From Giardia intestinalis (lineage: Eukaryota): DNA of 64,000 nt. The position numbers and the translations under genes are program-made. The stretch is taken from the NCBI GenBank assembly GCA_000002435.2, contig CM018793.1; one strand, 5' to 3'. The stretch's first letter is position 1. Every line of letters starts with the position of its first letter. Of the stretch, positions 41,778-51,500 are shown one piece after another. The notes beneath the pieces are model-generated. The model saw nothing but the letters and a program-made list of their open reading frames with translations, made no database searches and was not told the DNA's origin.

Positions 41778-42569
41778 ATGGGGCACACTCTTACGCGTCC
41801 AGACTGCGAAATGCTTCACAAGATCATCAACGAATTTGTCAAGTGTCTGGTCTATCGAGCCGGAAAAGCCCAAACCAGACAGACCCTTAGCCTTCGGGAG
41901 CTCCTTTCGTTTTCTCAATTGGACGTCGTGCGCTTTGACTTATCTCATTTGCCGCTACTCTATCTCCTTGATGGCGACAAGGACGGGTTGTTCTCAATCC
42001 ATGACTTGCTCAATCTGGGCTATTATTACGGCAGCATCAACCACATGACCAATTATAAGGCTCACGAGTGTGCTAGCATCATCCAGGCATACTCCACGGG
42101 GATGCTAGCTCTCTACGGGGATGCGCCCTCCTTCATCAAGTGGTTTGTCAAGCTCTTGGAAGTCATAGAGCCAACCGTCACGGTCGAGAGTGTCAGGTGT
42201 GTATCGGCCTCTGTGGTCCGGGTGATGCACACTGTGCTGAAAGTGGAGCTCATTACTCGGGAGTCATCGGAGAAGCTCCTGGACACCATGCAGCGCGCAG
42301 CCGTGCAGATGGGGCTCATCGATCAGCAGCAGCTCAAAGCATTCGATGGACTAGCACCCCTAGTGATTGTTCAGGCATTTGGAGACGAGCTGTTCAAAGC
42401 GTTCACGGCCACATACAACGACTTGGGGCTAGAGTCTGTTGAAATATTGAAGTACTACCGTCCCTTCGACGAGACCAGCTTCCCCGAGATAAACTCGCTC
42501 TTCAAGGACAAGTTGACAGAAACGCTGAACGCCATATCCGTTCACTCTGAGGACAGCAGCGATAGCTGA
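41778..42569 (+). CDS. hypothetical protein with N-terminal myristoylation-type motif (MGHTLT) and an EF-hand-like DGDKDG loop
   Basis: 263 aa, ATG at 41778. The N-terminus MGxxxT fits the N-myristoyltransferase consensus. 'LLDGDKDGLFSIHDL' resembles a Ca-binding loop. Confidence 0.5.
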   Translation: MGHTLTRPDCEMLHKIINEFVKCLVYRAGKAQTRQTLSLRELLSFSQLDVVRFDLSHLPLLYLLDGDKDGLFSIHDLLNLGYYYGSINHMTNYKAHECASIIQAYSTGMLALYGDAPSFIKWFVKLLEVIEPTVTVESVRCVSASVVRVMHTVLKVELITRESSEKLLDTMQRAAVQMGLIDQQQLKAFDGLAPLVIVQAFGDELFKAFTATYNDLGLESVEILKYYRPFDETSFPEINSLFKDKLTETLNAISVHSEDSSDS

Positions 42570-42650
42570 CGCCAAGACGCTTTCCCCTAGGGAAGATATG
42601 ATCGTAGGAGAACCTAAACGACTATGCTATGTGTATTCTATGTGGCGCTT

Positions 42651-43610
42651 CTAGGGCATCAGAGGGTCAGCAGGCCCGTCTGCCTTAACATCGCTTCCAG
42701 TGGGGCTCGAATCCATGTCTTCGAGCTCTTGAAAATCGGGTTTTCCCTCTATCTCGCTGTGCAGCTTCCGGTATCTGCTGTTGTAGTACCTTATTTGGAC
42801 CAAGATGGTAAAGTCCATCATCATGGGGAAGATTGCAGCGATTATGTACGGCGTAGTTCGCAGCAGATACTCTCGCTCCTGACTGAACGTGAATAGGGAT
42901 GTCGTCTGCGCAGCGTTGGCGGTGAATATTATTGCAAAGAAGCTTGGGCTGAGATCGTCAGTGGCCTTGGTCCTGCAGTTCTTTATTACCTGCAGAAGCC
43001 CGCTAAAGCAGTAAAGAGGAAGGGTGATGTACGCCAGGACAGACCCGACTATATACCGCGCAGAAGTGTGCGAGAGCTCTGGGGAAACAACACACTCGCT
43101 GAACATCTGCGGGACCCGCTGAATGTATGTCGTTACTGGAATCGAGTAACACAGAAAACTCGATAGGCAACCAGCGAAGAACACGGTGTAGATCACTGCC
43201 TCCGACCTGCGCATCCTCCCCATAGACTTCACGTCTATCTCTGGGAGCTGCTTGCCCTTGTGTTTCCGCTTGTAGTACAAGGTGACAGCGGTCATGGTGC
43301 TATCGAGAAACAGCCAGAGACCGCCCATTATGATCTGTGTTAACGGCTGCCGCAAGATGATGAGAGAGCTGAAGTTGCTGATGTCTCCAGACACCCAGAG
43401 GAAGAGAAGGACGCTTGAGATGCATTCGGCCCGCTTTAACAGCAAAGAGAGCCGTATCTGCGGATACGATGCCGTGAACCAGCACGCGATGGATATCCAG
43501 CCAAAAATGACCGAAACGAGTTCATGAACGCTATACACGCAGTCATCGAACACTGCCGCAGCAAAGGGGTTGGCCGGGGTGCCATCGGGCAGCGGGGCGC
43601 AGTAGCACAT
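42651..43610 (-). CDS. PQ-loop repeat membrane protein (lysosomal cystine/cationic amino-acid transporter-like family)
   Basis: Seven hydrophobic helices. The first PQ-loop is 'SYPQIRLSLLLKRAECISSVLLFLWVSGDISN' and the second degenerate repeat is 'LLQVIKNCRTKATDDLSPSFFAIIFTANAA'. Track start 43655 is TTG. I use ATG 43610 (MCYCAPLPDG...). Confidence 0.6.
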   Translation of the reverse strand: MCYCAPLPDGTPANPFAAAVFDDCVYSVHELVSVIFGWISIACWFTASYPQIRLSLLLKRAECISSVLLFLWVSGDISNFSSLIILRQPLTQIIMGGLWLFLDSTMTAVTLYYKRKHKGKQLPEIDVKSMGRMRRSEAVIYTVFFAGCLSSFLCYSIPVTTYIQRVPQMFSECVVSPELSHTSARYIVGSVLAYITLPLYCFSGLLQVIKNCRTKATDDLSPSFFAIIFTANAAQTTSLFTFSQEREYLLRTTPYIIAAIFPMMMDFTILVQIRYYNSRYRKLHSEIEGKPDFQELEDMDSSPTGSDVKADGPADPLMP

Positions 43611-43680
43611 AAGCGACCTAGGACTCCTAGTTACACAAACTTTGTGAAATTCCAATTTTTTCTATCTAAGCAGTATTTTG

Positions 43681-43718
43681 CGCATTGGCAACAGTTACAT
43701 TTAAAAATATATTTAAAA
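43681..43718 (+). promoter_or_regulatory. AT-rich initiator 'cgcattggcaacagttacatttaaaaatatatttaaaa' immediately upstream of ATG 43719
   Basis: The motif 'tttaaaaatatatttaaaa' abuts the ATG, which is the classic diplomonad core promoter arrangement. Confidence 0.45.
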
Positions 43719-44348
43719 ATGTCTACTGTTAGGACGACGACGACGACCACGCGCACGACGGTCGTAACGAGCCCCGGCTCTAGTACTCCTGGGCACTATC
43801 CACAAAACGGATCTGCCCGCAGTGGTGGCAGTACTGCTGGACGACCTGCCGGCGGCAGTCATCCTGCTGGCCGTTCTGGCGGTGGACGCACGAGAAGCAG
43901 CGGAGGCAGTGGCTGCAACTGTGGCGGCGCCGGTGGTGGTGGCCTTGCTGCAGCTGCGCACTGGCTCGCCCTGGCATCTGCCATCATCATTATCGTCGCC
44001 TGGATCTTCCGCTTTATGGTCGCGGATAAAAAATACGAAAGCGCCCCTGCTTGGTTTGAGTTCTTGCTATTTCTTTTCCTCGCCCTCATGGTCATCCTCG
44101 GCGGGTTTGGGATTGGCAATCTAGATGGATTTTTAGAGGAGTATTTACAACTTACGATAAGCATGCTCGGCAAAGGTGTGCTTCTCATTCTGTTTTGCTG
44201 CCGTGTCTATGCTAATAGGTGGGGGTGGTTTGAACGTAAGGACAGTAGCTCTAGTGCTGTATTTCATACTCTTGCATCCCTCCTCTGCTGTATTGCCGCG
44301 AGTCTGGCCATCCTTGTTCTCTTAGTCGGTCTGGGCGTCGCCAAATAA
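43719..44348 (+). CDS. small membrane protein: Thr-run/Gly-Ser-Arg-rich N-terminal region plus 3-4 C-terminal TM helices
   Basis: MSTVRTTTTTTRTTVVTSPGSSTPG... then GGSGCNCGGAGGGG, followed by hydrophobic helices (LALASAIIIIVAWIF, FEFLLFLFLALMVILGGFGIG, VLLILFCC, LLCCIAASLAILVLLVGLGV). The track ORF begins at ATG 43524, but that extension reads through AT-rich promoter-like sequence and overlaps the PQ-loop gene. Confidence 0.5.
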   Translation: MSTVRTTTTTTRTTVVTSPGSSTPGHYPQNGSARSGGSTAGRPAGGSHPAGRSGGGRTRSSGGSGCNCGGAGGGGLAAAAHWLALASAIIIIVAWIFRFMVADKKYESAPAWFEFLLFLFLALMVILGGFGIGNLDGFLEEYLQLTISMLGKGVLLILFCCRVYANRWGWFERKDSSSSAVFHTLASLLCCIAASLAILVLLVGLGVAK

Positions 44349-44415
44349 TTATGTTTAGACATCGGTTAGATTGTGTGAATTAGTGCTCATTGTGCCTGTC
44401 TGATTTATTGTCTCA

Positions 44416-46479
44416 TCACAGCTCGTCCTTGGTTGCCCGGTGGTAGACGTTTGCGGTGTACCGTGTTCTGTCGTAGGTGTGCAGAACGCCACGCTGCCAG
44501 TCCCACGGATCAAGGCCGTTGCGAAGCGCGCATTGTGTAAGACGGAAGAAAATCGTGGGTGGGCCGTCGGGTCTGTTCTCCGGGACATCGCACACCGCGT
44601 GGCGACCGTCCCAGAGGACTATAAAGTGCCCCTTGGCATCTGTCAGCTGAAAGACATTGGTGTACTCCCACGAATGATAAATGCTGATCTCGACAACAAG
44701 GGAGCGCTTTATATCGATATTGATGTCCTTGGTGGCTGTTTTAGGAAGGGCACCCTCGGCAATCAGGGTCTTGTACTTCTCACGTAAATTCTTTAGCAAG
44801 GAATTGATGTGTGACGTAGAAAGCCGTTCATTGTACACATTAGTGGCCTGTTTGATCAAGCTTGTGTAAATACTTTCTGTGGGAAAGAAGTCTGAGTTGA
44901 TCAGCTCGAAAAGGACTGTCTCCATGCACATGTCCCCAAGCTCTCCATGATTATAGATGTCCCTGAGAGATGTTTCGATGATATCATGTTCGTTTGATAG
45001 GGTTTTTGCGGGCGCTGATCCTCCTTTTGCACGCGCGCCGCCATTCTTCTTGCTTTCAAAGCGTCTGAGCTCCTCATACTCTGCAGAGTGCTCCGCCAGT
45101 ATGTACACCCTTAGCGAATATGGAGCTAGCTGAAACAGCTCTGGTGGAACGTTCGATTTGGTACCGGAGGATAACATCGGGTTGACCTTCTCACCTCTCA
45201 GGGCAGACCGAACATGCTCCATCAGATAGCGAATAGCTGCATCAGAGAAGCCCTCGGTAAAGGTGACAGGCGTTGGGAGCTTTGCCACGCGCCTCTTTTT
45301 CTTCTTAGCATCCTGCTTGACAATCTTGTGGAGAGGAGGCTCCTTAGAAAGGGCCATGCTGTAGTAGATTTGATGTCCCGTGGGATTGTCGTCGTCTGTA
45401 AAGCCCGATATGTCTACATTCGCATAGTATGTGTGATAGTAGGGCTTCAGAAGCATTTTGGATCTGTTCATTATGGGATCAAAGGACGTGTAATAGTCGA
45501 GCATGCGCCACTTCCAGTGAGGGGAGTCCGCGACGGTACTGGAGCGCTCGCTGTAGCTCGCATCATCGGAGAGACCGGCGGCAAGAGCTGCAAGCCGAAC
45601 CACAAGGATCTGGGAGGCTATTGTTTTCGAGAAGGTAGCTCCGGTAGTCCCAGACAAGTAGTAAAGCCACTGCTCGAACTCAGTCACTGAGCTCCGCATG
45701 GTAATGTCGGACAGGATGTTTTCGATGTAGACGTTCTTGAACAGGTCGACACCCGAGGATACGGAGATGGGGATGATGAGAAGGTAACGCTTTCCATCTG
45801 TGCGGCGTCCGTACGCGTCCAAGTTGTCACCTGCAGTTGTGTTCTCGTTGTGGAAGAGAAGATCATTGAGGGTTTGGGCGGCTAGCTGGACCTGGTTGCG
45901 CAGCGTTGCATACAGGATTATTGGGAGCACCTTGGTCCGTGGGTTCTTTCCTGCGGGGAAGAGGGCTCGAAGCCAGAAGAAGGGGTGGTCGAAGTAATCG
46001 GATTGCTCTACAAGATAGTTGTAATCCATTCCTGGTCTCCCCCCTGTTCTGTCCCAGAAGTCGTTACGAAGGTCTGCATCCACGGTAAAGTTGCCCAGAT
46101 GGGTGTGAACGGTCTCTCCGGTGTATGCCACTAAGGGGTACAAGGGCGTCACCTCTCCACACATCTCTGGGTAGTACCCACTAACGATAACTATTGTGTC
46201 ATAGCTCTCTATGCTGTCTCTGACCGTCTTCAGAGAAGCTGCAATCCCTCTGTCGGTTGCCATGTCGCCCTTGAAGCCAGGGATTACCAACACCGACGGG
46301 GTAGTTGTGGGGAGAGGTATGTCAGCCTTGTTGATCGCATCATTGACGTACTTGGAGGCAGCCTTGGCTGTCTGGTTAAACACAGAATAGGAGACGTGCG
46401 GTGTAAGTACCGAGTCTGCAAGACAGAGGGCGAACAGGGCCAAGAAGAAGATTCCTAGGGGCGTGCCTTTAGTCTGCAT
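44416..46479 (-). CDS. secretory-pathway protein with signal peptide and C-terminal KDEL ER-retention motif; possibly phospholipase B-like
   Basis: 687 aa. N-terminal 'MQTKGTPLGIFFLALFALCLADS' is a signal peptide. Several N-glycosylation sequons are present. The protein terminates in ...ATKDEL. ATG at 46479 (complement). The enzyme family is not established. Confidence 0.6.
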   Translation of the reverse strand: MQTKGTPLGIFFLALFALCLADSVLTPHVSYSVFNQTAKAASKYVNDAINKADIPLPTTTPSVLVIPGFKGDMATDRGIAASLKTVRDSIESYDTIVIVSGYYPEMCGEVTPLYPLVAYTGETVHTHLGNFTVDADLRNDFWDRTGGRPGMDYNYLVEQSDYFDHPFFWLRALFPAGKNPRTKVLPIILYATLRNQVQLAAQTLNDLLFHNENTTAGDNLDAYGRRTDGKRYLLIIPISVSSGVDLFKNVYIENILSDITMRSSVTEFEQWLYYLSGTTGATFSKTIASQILVVRLAALAAGLSDDASYSERSSTVADSPHWKWRMLDYYTSFDPIMNRSKMLLKPYYHTYYANVDISGFTDDDNPTGHQIYYSMALSKEPPLHKIVKQDAKKKKRRVAKLPTPVTFTEGFSDAAIRYLMEHVRSALRGEKVNPMLSSGTKSNVPPELFQLAPYSLRVYILAEHSAEYEELRRFESKKNGGARAKGGSAPAKTLSNEHDIIETSLRDIYNHGELGDMCMETVLFELINSDFFPTESIYTSLIKQATNVYNERLSTSHINSLLKNLREKYKTLIAEGALPKTATKDINIDIKRSLVVEISIYHSWEYTNVFQLTDAKGHFIVLWDGRHAVCDVPENRPDGPPTIFFRLTQCALRNGLDPWDWQRGVLHTYDRTRYTANVYHRATKDEL

Positions 46480-46623
46480 GTCTGAACGGTGGACTGAACT
46501 GTAAAGGATTTAAAACCTTCGATTTTAAGACGAACTGCAGTGGTTTAGGTTGAGTTGAGAAATGGCCTATTGAAATTCACTAACAAGCCAATTGACAGTC
46601 GTATCGGGCAGACAACTAGGTAC

Positions 46624-47997
46624 CTAAGAGTAGGTGGAGAGCACCAGGCAATATGCATGCCTGTCCGAATTCGTGGTGTAGTTGAATGTGCCTTCCTGGA
46701 ATCGGCCGTTGGCACAGCGCTTTTTGGCCTCAGCCAACACGTGAAAGACAACTCCGTTGAACTTTTCCATGGTTGCATTAAACGAGAACTTGTCGTCAAA
46801 AGTAAACAGGACGCTCGTTTTGCCGGAGTCCACGGCAGCAACCACGGCAGCGATCATCGCCTCCTGCTCCCTATCATTGAAGGAGGACAACTTGATAGAC
46901 CTGCAAACAAAGATAGAGTCGTCATATTTAAACTTGAACCCAAGGGCAGGAAAGGCGTCACGCCCGTCGGTGAAGCTGATGCTGTTAATAGCAATCTTGT
47001 GGTCTGTGTTCTGCCTGATGTAGTAGAGGATGTTGTAGCAGTTCTCCTTGATCATACTAATCGTTGCCTCGCACCTGATTCTCTTGTCAAACAGAAACTC
47101 ACACTGGCTATATCCAGCGTCAAGGTAAGTGATGCATGCAAGAGCCACGGATTCGATGAGCGCGTGGTCCGATAGACCTGCGCTGATGAAGGAGCCAGAC
47201 ATCACGTTGTAGTTGTACTTCATGGAGTTCGCCTTGGGGTATCCAAATTCGCTGCTCGGCTGATGGTTGATACTGATGTACTCGTCAGAGAGGTTCATGT
47301 ATAGATGGGAGATGAAGTGATTCTTCTCTCCGCGCTCCGGCGTCAGCGGGTCGTCCCAGGTAACATCTACGTGGTACCAGTCATCTTCCAAGCGCACCAT
47401 ATTCCAGGCATGAGGACCATTGTGGCCAAGACCGGTGATCTTGAGGGCTCTGATTCCGCAGTTGATGCACAGGTAGAGGAAGACCTCGGTATAGCACTCA
47501 CAGACGCCCAGCTGGCGGCTGAAGAATCCGTAGATGGTGTGGTCACGGTGCAGGTTGCTGCGGCCGCTCGAGTTAGCCGAGTACTCACAATAGGCGACGA
47601 TGAAATCATGAATGCAGCGCTCGACCTCATACTGGCTCATGGACGGCCTTAGCTCTGCTTTGAACTTGGCGAGTGCCTGATCAATGGTTGCATGCTTGAG
47701 CCTCACCTCTGCTTGATCGAATTCCTGGAAAGAGACACGCGTCACGATTCCATTGGTCAGGGAGTAGTTAGTCGGGCGAGTCCACCAGATCTCTGGATAG
47801 TCGAGCTCAAAGGCCTTGTTAATAACCTTCATATCCCGGTCGTAAATCTTGAGGTCGGCCGGGATAACGACGCTGGGAAGGAAGCTCTCCGCAGCAGACG
47901 CAAGGATGTCTATGACTTCTCTATAGCGGGACTCGACAACGGACCTGTGATAGCGGAACTCACAAGGAACCCCGAACTGGATCGTTTGGCCGGACAT
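46624..47997 (-). CDS. transglutaminase-like (papain-fold Cys-His-Asp) domain protein
   Basis: 'GVCECYTEVFLYLCINCGIRALKITGLGHNGPHAWNMVRLEDDWYHVDVTWDD' matches the transglutaminase-like core (G.C..YA..F..L.R..GIPAR......HAW.EV......W...D.T). ATG at 47997 (complement). Confidence 0.6.
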   Translation of the reverse strand: MSGQTIQFGVPCEFRYHRSVVESRYREVIDILASAAESFLPSVVIPADLKIYDRDMKVINKAFELDYPEIWWTRPTNYSLTNGIVTRVSFQEFDQAEVRLKHATIDQALAKFKAELRPSMSQYEVERCIHDFIVAYCEYSANSSGRSNLHRDHTIYGFFSRQLGVCECYTEVFLYLCINCGIRALKITGLGHNGPHAWNMVRLEDDWYHVDVTWDDPLTPERGEKNHFISHLYMNLSDEYISINHQPSSEFGYPKANSMKYNYNVMSGSFISAGLSDHALIESVALACITYLDAGYSQCEFLFDKRIRCEATISMIKENCYNILYYIRQNTDHKIAINSISFTDGRDAFPALGFKFKYDDSIFVCRSIKLSSFNDREQEAMIAAVVAAVDSGKTSVLFTFDDKFSFNATMEKFNGVVFHVLAEAKKRCANGRFQEGTFNYTTNSDRHAYCLVLSTYS

Positions 47998-48048
47998 TAA
48001 AATCCCATGTCACACCTTTAATTCAATGGACATAAATCTTAAATCGTG

Positions 48049-48468
48049 ATGAAAGAGAAATGCAACGCCTCAAATTCTGTGCAAACATCGCGGGGCAAGC
48101 CATGGTTCATTTACGAGCCCCCCACGACGGCCACTTCCTCTTCCCAAGTCTGGGTTGTCCCACCCCTCTTCGATGGTGAAGCCAAGCCTGTAAGAAAGGC
48201 TGTTGTGGAGGCTGCTGTTCCTCCATATTGGGGCACAGATATCTCTCGGACTGCGTTCCTAGGGTCATCCGACCGCCCTTTTCGGCATCACGGAGGCACT
48301 TCTGAGCCTAGCATTGTTCTATCAGCGAATTCTGCCATCTTGACCGCTATTGATTACAGTCGCAAGAGCCTTTCTCCCGTCGCATCTCAAGGGAAAAGCC
48401 TTTATACTAAACCGTATACCCACCCAGACCTGCAGTCGTATAGCCGCACCCCTGACACGCGTTCCTGA
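48049..48468 (+). CDS. hypothetical Pro/Ser-rich small protein (139 aa); may be non-coding
   Basis: Track start 48046 is GTG and ATG follows at 48049. It fills a 590-bp divergent gap. Low complexity and no recognised domain. Confidence 0.3.
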   Translation: MKEKCNASNSVQTSRGKPWFIYEPPTTATSSSQVWVVPPLFDGEAKPVRKAVVEAAVPPYWGTDISRTAFLGSSDRPFRHHGGTSEPSIVLSANSAILTAIDYSRKSLSPVASQGKSLYTKPYTHPDLQSYSRTPDTRS

Positions 48469-48587
48469 CAAGGTAGGCTCTTCTGCTCAAGGGGTCCTTG
48501 CACAGAGTCAGCGGGGGCATTGTATCAAGATGATATTGTGCCTTGATTTATGTAAATTTTACAAAAAAGCGAATTTCATAAGAGCAG

Positions 48588-51500
48588 ATGACACACAACC
48601 AAGGCGCTGCTGGCAGCGAGCTGGACTTTAAAGTGCTTTTTGCGACTTCTGAAGAGCCAGGTTATAAGGCAGAACGGCTTCTAGAGCACAATGTACTAGG
48701 GTCAGGTTGGCGCTCTCTGCGGAGGTGCTCCTATCCTCAGAGCATTGCAATCTCACTCGGTCAGGTTTATAAGATTCAGGCTGTTCAATTTACAACGCAC
48801 GAGTTCTTGGTTCCTTCGTTTGTGGAGCTTCTCCTATATAACCCTCAACAGCAGGCGTGGGAGACCATTGGCAAGGTGCAGATGGGGAAGGATGGGCGGC
48901 CGACAGCCGGGCGTGAACGAAAGACAGTCAAGATAGACATAAAAACAAATGCTCTACGATTCATTCTCCATCAACCCTTACCTCATCAGAATAATAATTA
49001 CAATCAAGTGAGCATCGCTGCCATTACCGTGCTTGGAAACCCAGCTCCCACAGATATCCGTCCCACAACACCGCAAATCGGTCATCCCATTGTCTCTCGT
49101 AGCAAGCGAGGAACGACTAAGCCCTTGTCAGGACCTTCACAGGACAATTCAAGACAATCGAGTAATGGATCTTCTTACGCTGGTGCAGCCAAGGCACAGG
49201 CCCAGATGGCTCCCACTCCGGGCGTCTTGCCGCAAATACTCAATCCACCGGATAGTGGCGACTCTCAGGCCAGCAGAGGGCATTCATATTTAGAGAAGGG
49301 AGAAGAGCTCCGGACGGAGATAATGATTAACAAAACTAAGGCTGCAGCTGCAGAAGACTTTCTACTGGCAGACAGATATAAGATAGCCTATGACGCGCTA
49401 GGCTCCCTACTTGTGGACTACGCATCTCTGGATGAGCGGAAGGCTGCTGCTATTGCTGCTGAAAATTACAAAGGTGCACACGAGATCAAGACAACGATGA
49501 AAGAAGTGGAAAACATCCTTCAGCTACCGTTAGAAAAGCTTGTGAGGATGCTCAACGGAGAGCCAGAGCCGCCGTCCCCCAAGGTAGCACCACCAACCTC
49601 TCTAAATAAAGGATCGAAACCTAAGCATCAAGTAAGTTATCAAACTCTAGAGCCAATGGGAGAGAACGCCGACGAAAACGAAGACGATCTCACGACCAAT
49701 GATATCGGAGGAGCTCCCCCAGATGCAGCTTCCAAGCAGGCTCGCGCTAACAGCAGGCCACGCTCAAGGATGAAGGCGTCTGGAGTGAGCGACACTGAGG
49801 ATCTCTCTAGAGCAGTGCCTACCATATCAAATAAGGATATTATTAACGAAAATGGCGAGCGAATGCTCCATAATAACAATAATGGTTATCAGCAATTCTT
49901 CCTTACCGAGGAAGAGAAGCGAGAGCTTGAACAGGAGAGGAAGGAGAACTACATGCGCCGACGAGGAACGAACCTTGCTGCGAGCATGATGACAAAGACG
50001 CGGACGTTGACAGGCAACTCTACTGGGGCTGGAGGGAGCGAGGAGCTCGGTGCATCCACTCGTATGCGTCAAGGGGTTACCAAGTCCCAAGTTACCAAGT
50101 CGCAGTTGGCCAAAACTGGAACAATGCAACAGTTTTCTTTCGATGATGAACTTAATAATATAACCAGTAACAGAGACAAAGAGACTGCACCACCTGAATT
50201 ACCAGGGAGTGTCATGAGGGGGAACAACGCAACTAAGCTGAAGGATGCTGGGTTCAATGAGATGTACATTAGACTTGCTTACTCTTCAAATAAGGGAAAC
50301 GTCATAGATGCCATAAATTTAATGATACGCGCTCTCGTTCACGATCCTGTCGCATTCTATCCTGCAGGCATTTCTCTAATAACAATCATTTCCGAGTCTA
50401 CCAATACAGCACTGATAGGCTTGATAGGCAACCTCTTCTGCCATGTCTATCTGGCCATAATGAGAAAATACAGAGGAGCACCCAATGGTGGAGAGCTTGT
50501 GGGTACCGTTACACAGACGAAGAACACTGTGGTAGACGCTGGGGATATGACCTTGACATTTCTAGATGTCACGGCACAGCTCACTCTGCAGAAGGAGAAT
50601 GCTGTGACATATGCTGAGTTGAAGTGCACATCTGAACGGACTGTGGAAAAAGCTATCGGCCAAAACATGTCCAACTTACACAATGATGTGCTTCTACTGC
50701 TGGCACCTATCATCCACAAGCTCTCAGACAGTCAGCGGAGGACAAAAATCAATTCCATTAACATGTTGGCCACTGCCTCAACGTTCCCCTTCTTTCCCAC
50801 ATTCAACTTTGTGAACGCCATTATCTCCAGGCGATCCATAGAAAAGGCCTCTGGACTGGCTCAGAATGAGCTGTCCTTTCAAAACCAAAAGCTCATATAT
50901 CTAGTAGAGACCCGCAGCTGGGCGACTGCAATATTAATAACAGGAAATCAGAGGCTTATGACAAAAGATACCATTCCTGTACTGCGAGCATATATAGAGT
51001 GGATTATTCCTCACGCTACTAAGCAAGAACAGAAAAAGCCTGCGACAGACATCCTTATCGCCATGTATGGTAGCTTATTGTCTGACATGATTGGAATCAC
51101 AAACGCCGTCGAATGTGCGAACAAGGCATGCACGACAGAAGCCATTCTCAAAACCATCTACAAGGCAATGGTAGAGTGTGATAAAAAGCTAAGCATCAAG
51201 CCGCCACGGGTAAAGCTTCTCCCTCCCTCAGCTGACGCACCTGCAGGCAAGCTGGTAATAAACATGAAGCCGTCGCTATCAAGTCGTCCATCATCTCCCG
51301 ATTATAAGCGAGACACTGCAGCTGGTCACGAGGGATACAGTGCACATAGTATGGATGGTATAGATAACGCCCGTGCTCAACAATATCAGCACCAAAGCGG
51401 AGGCAATCAGCAAGAGCTTACTGCAGTCGCAGAAACTGTTGCTGACGACGATGACCCCCAGTACGGAGATTTTCCCCCTGGGGTGTGTCAGTTTTGTTTA

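Noticed and set aside
43524-43718. ATG at 43524 that would extend the Thr-run membrane protein by 65 residues
   Set aside because: The extension reads through an obviously AT-rich promoter segment (FVKFQFFLSKQYF...) and overlaps the PQ-loop gene's 5' end. ATG 43719 with a classic initiator is the credible start.
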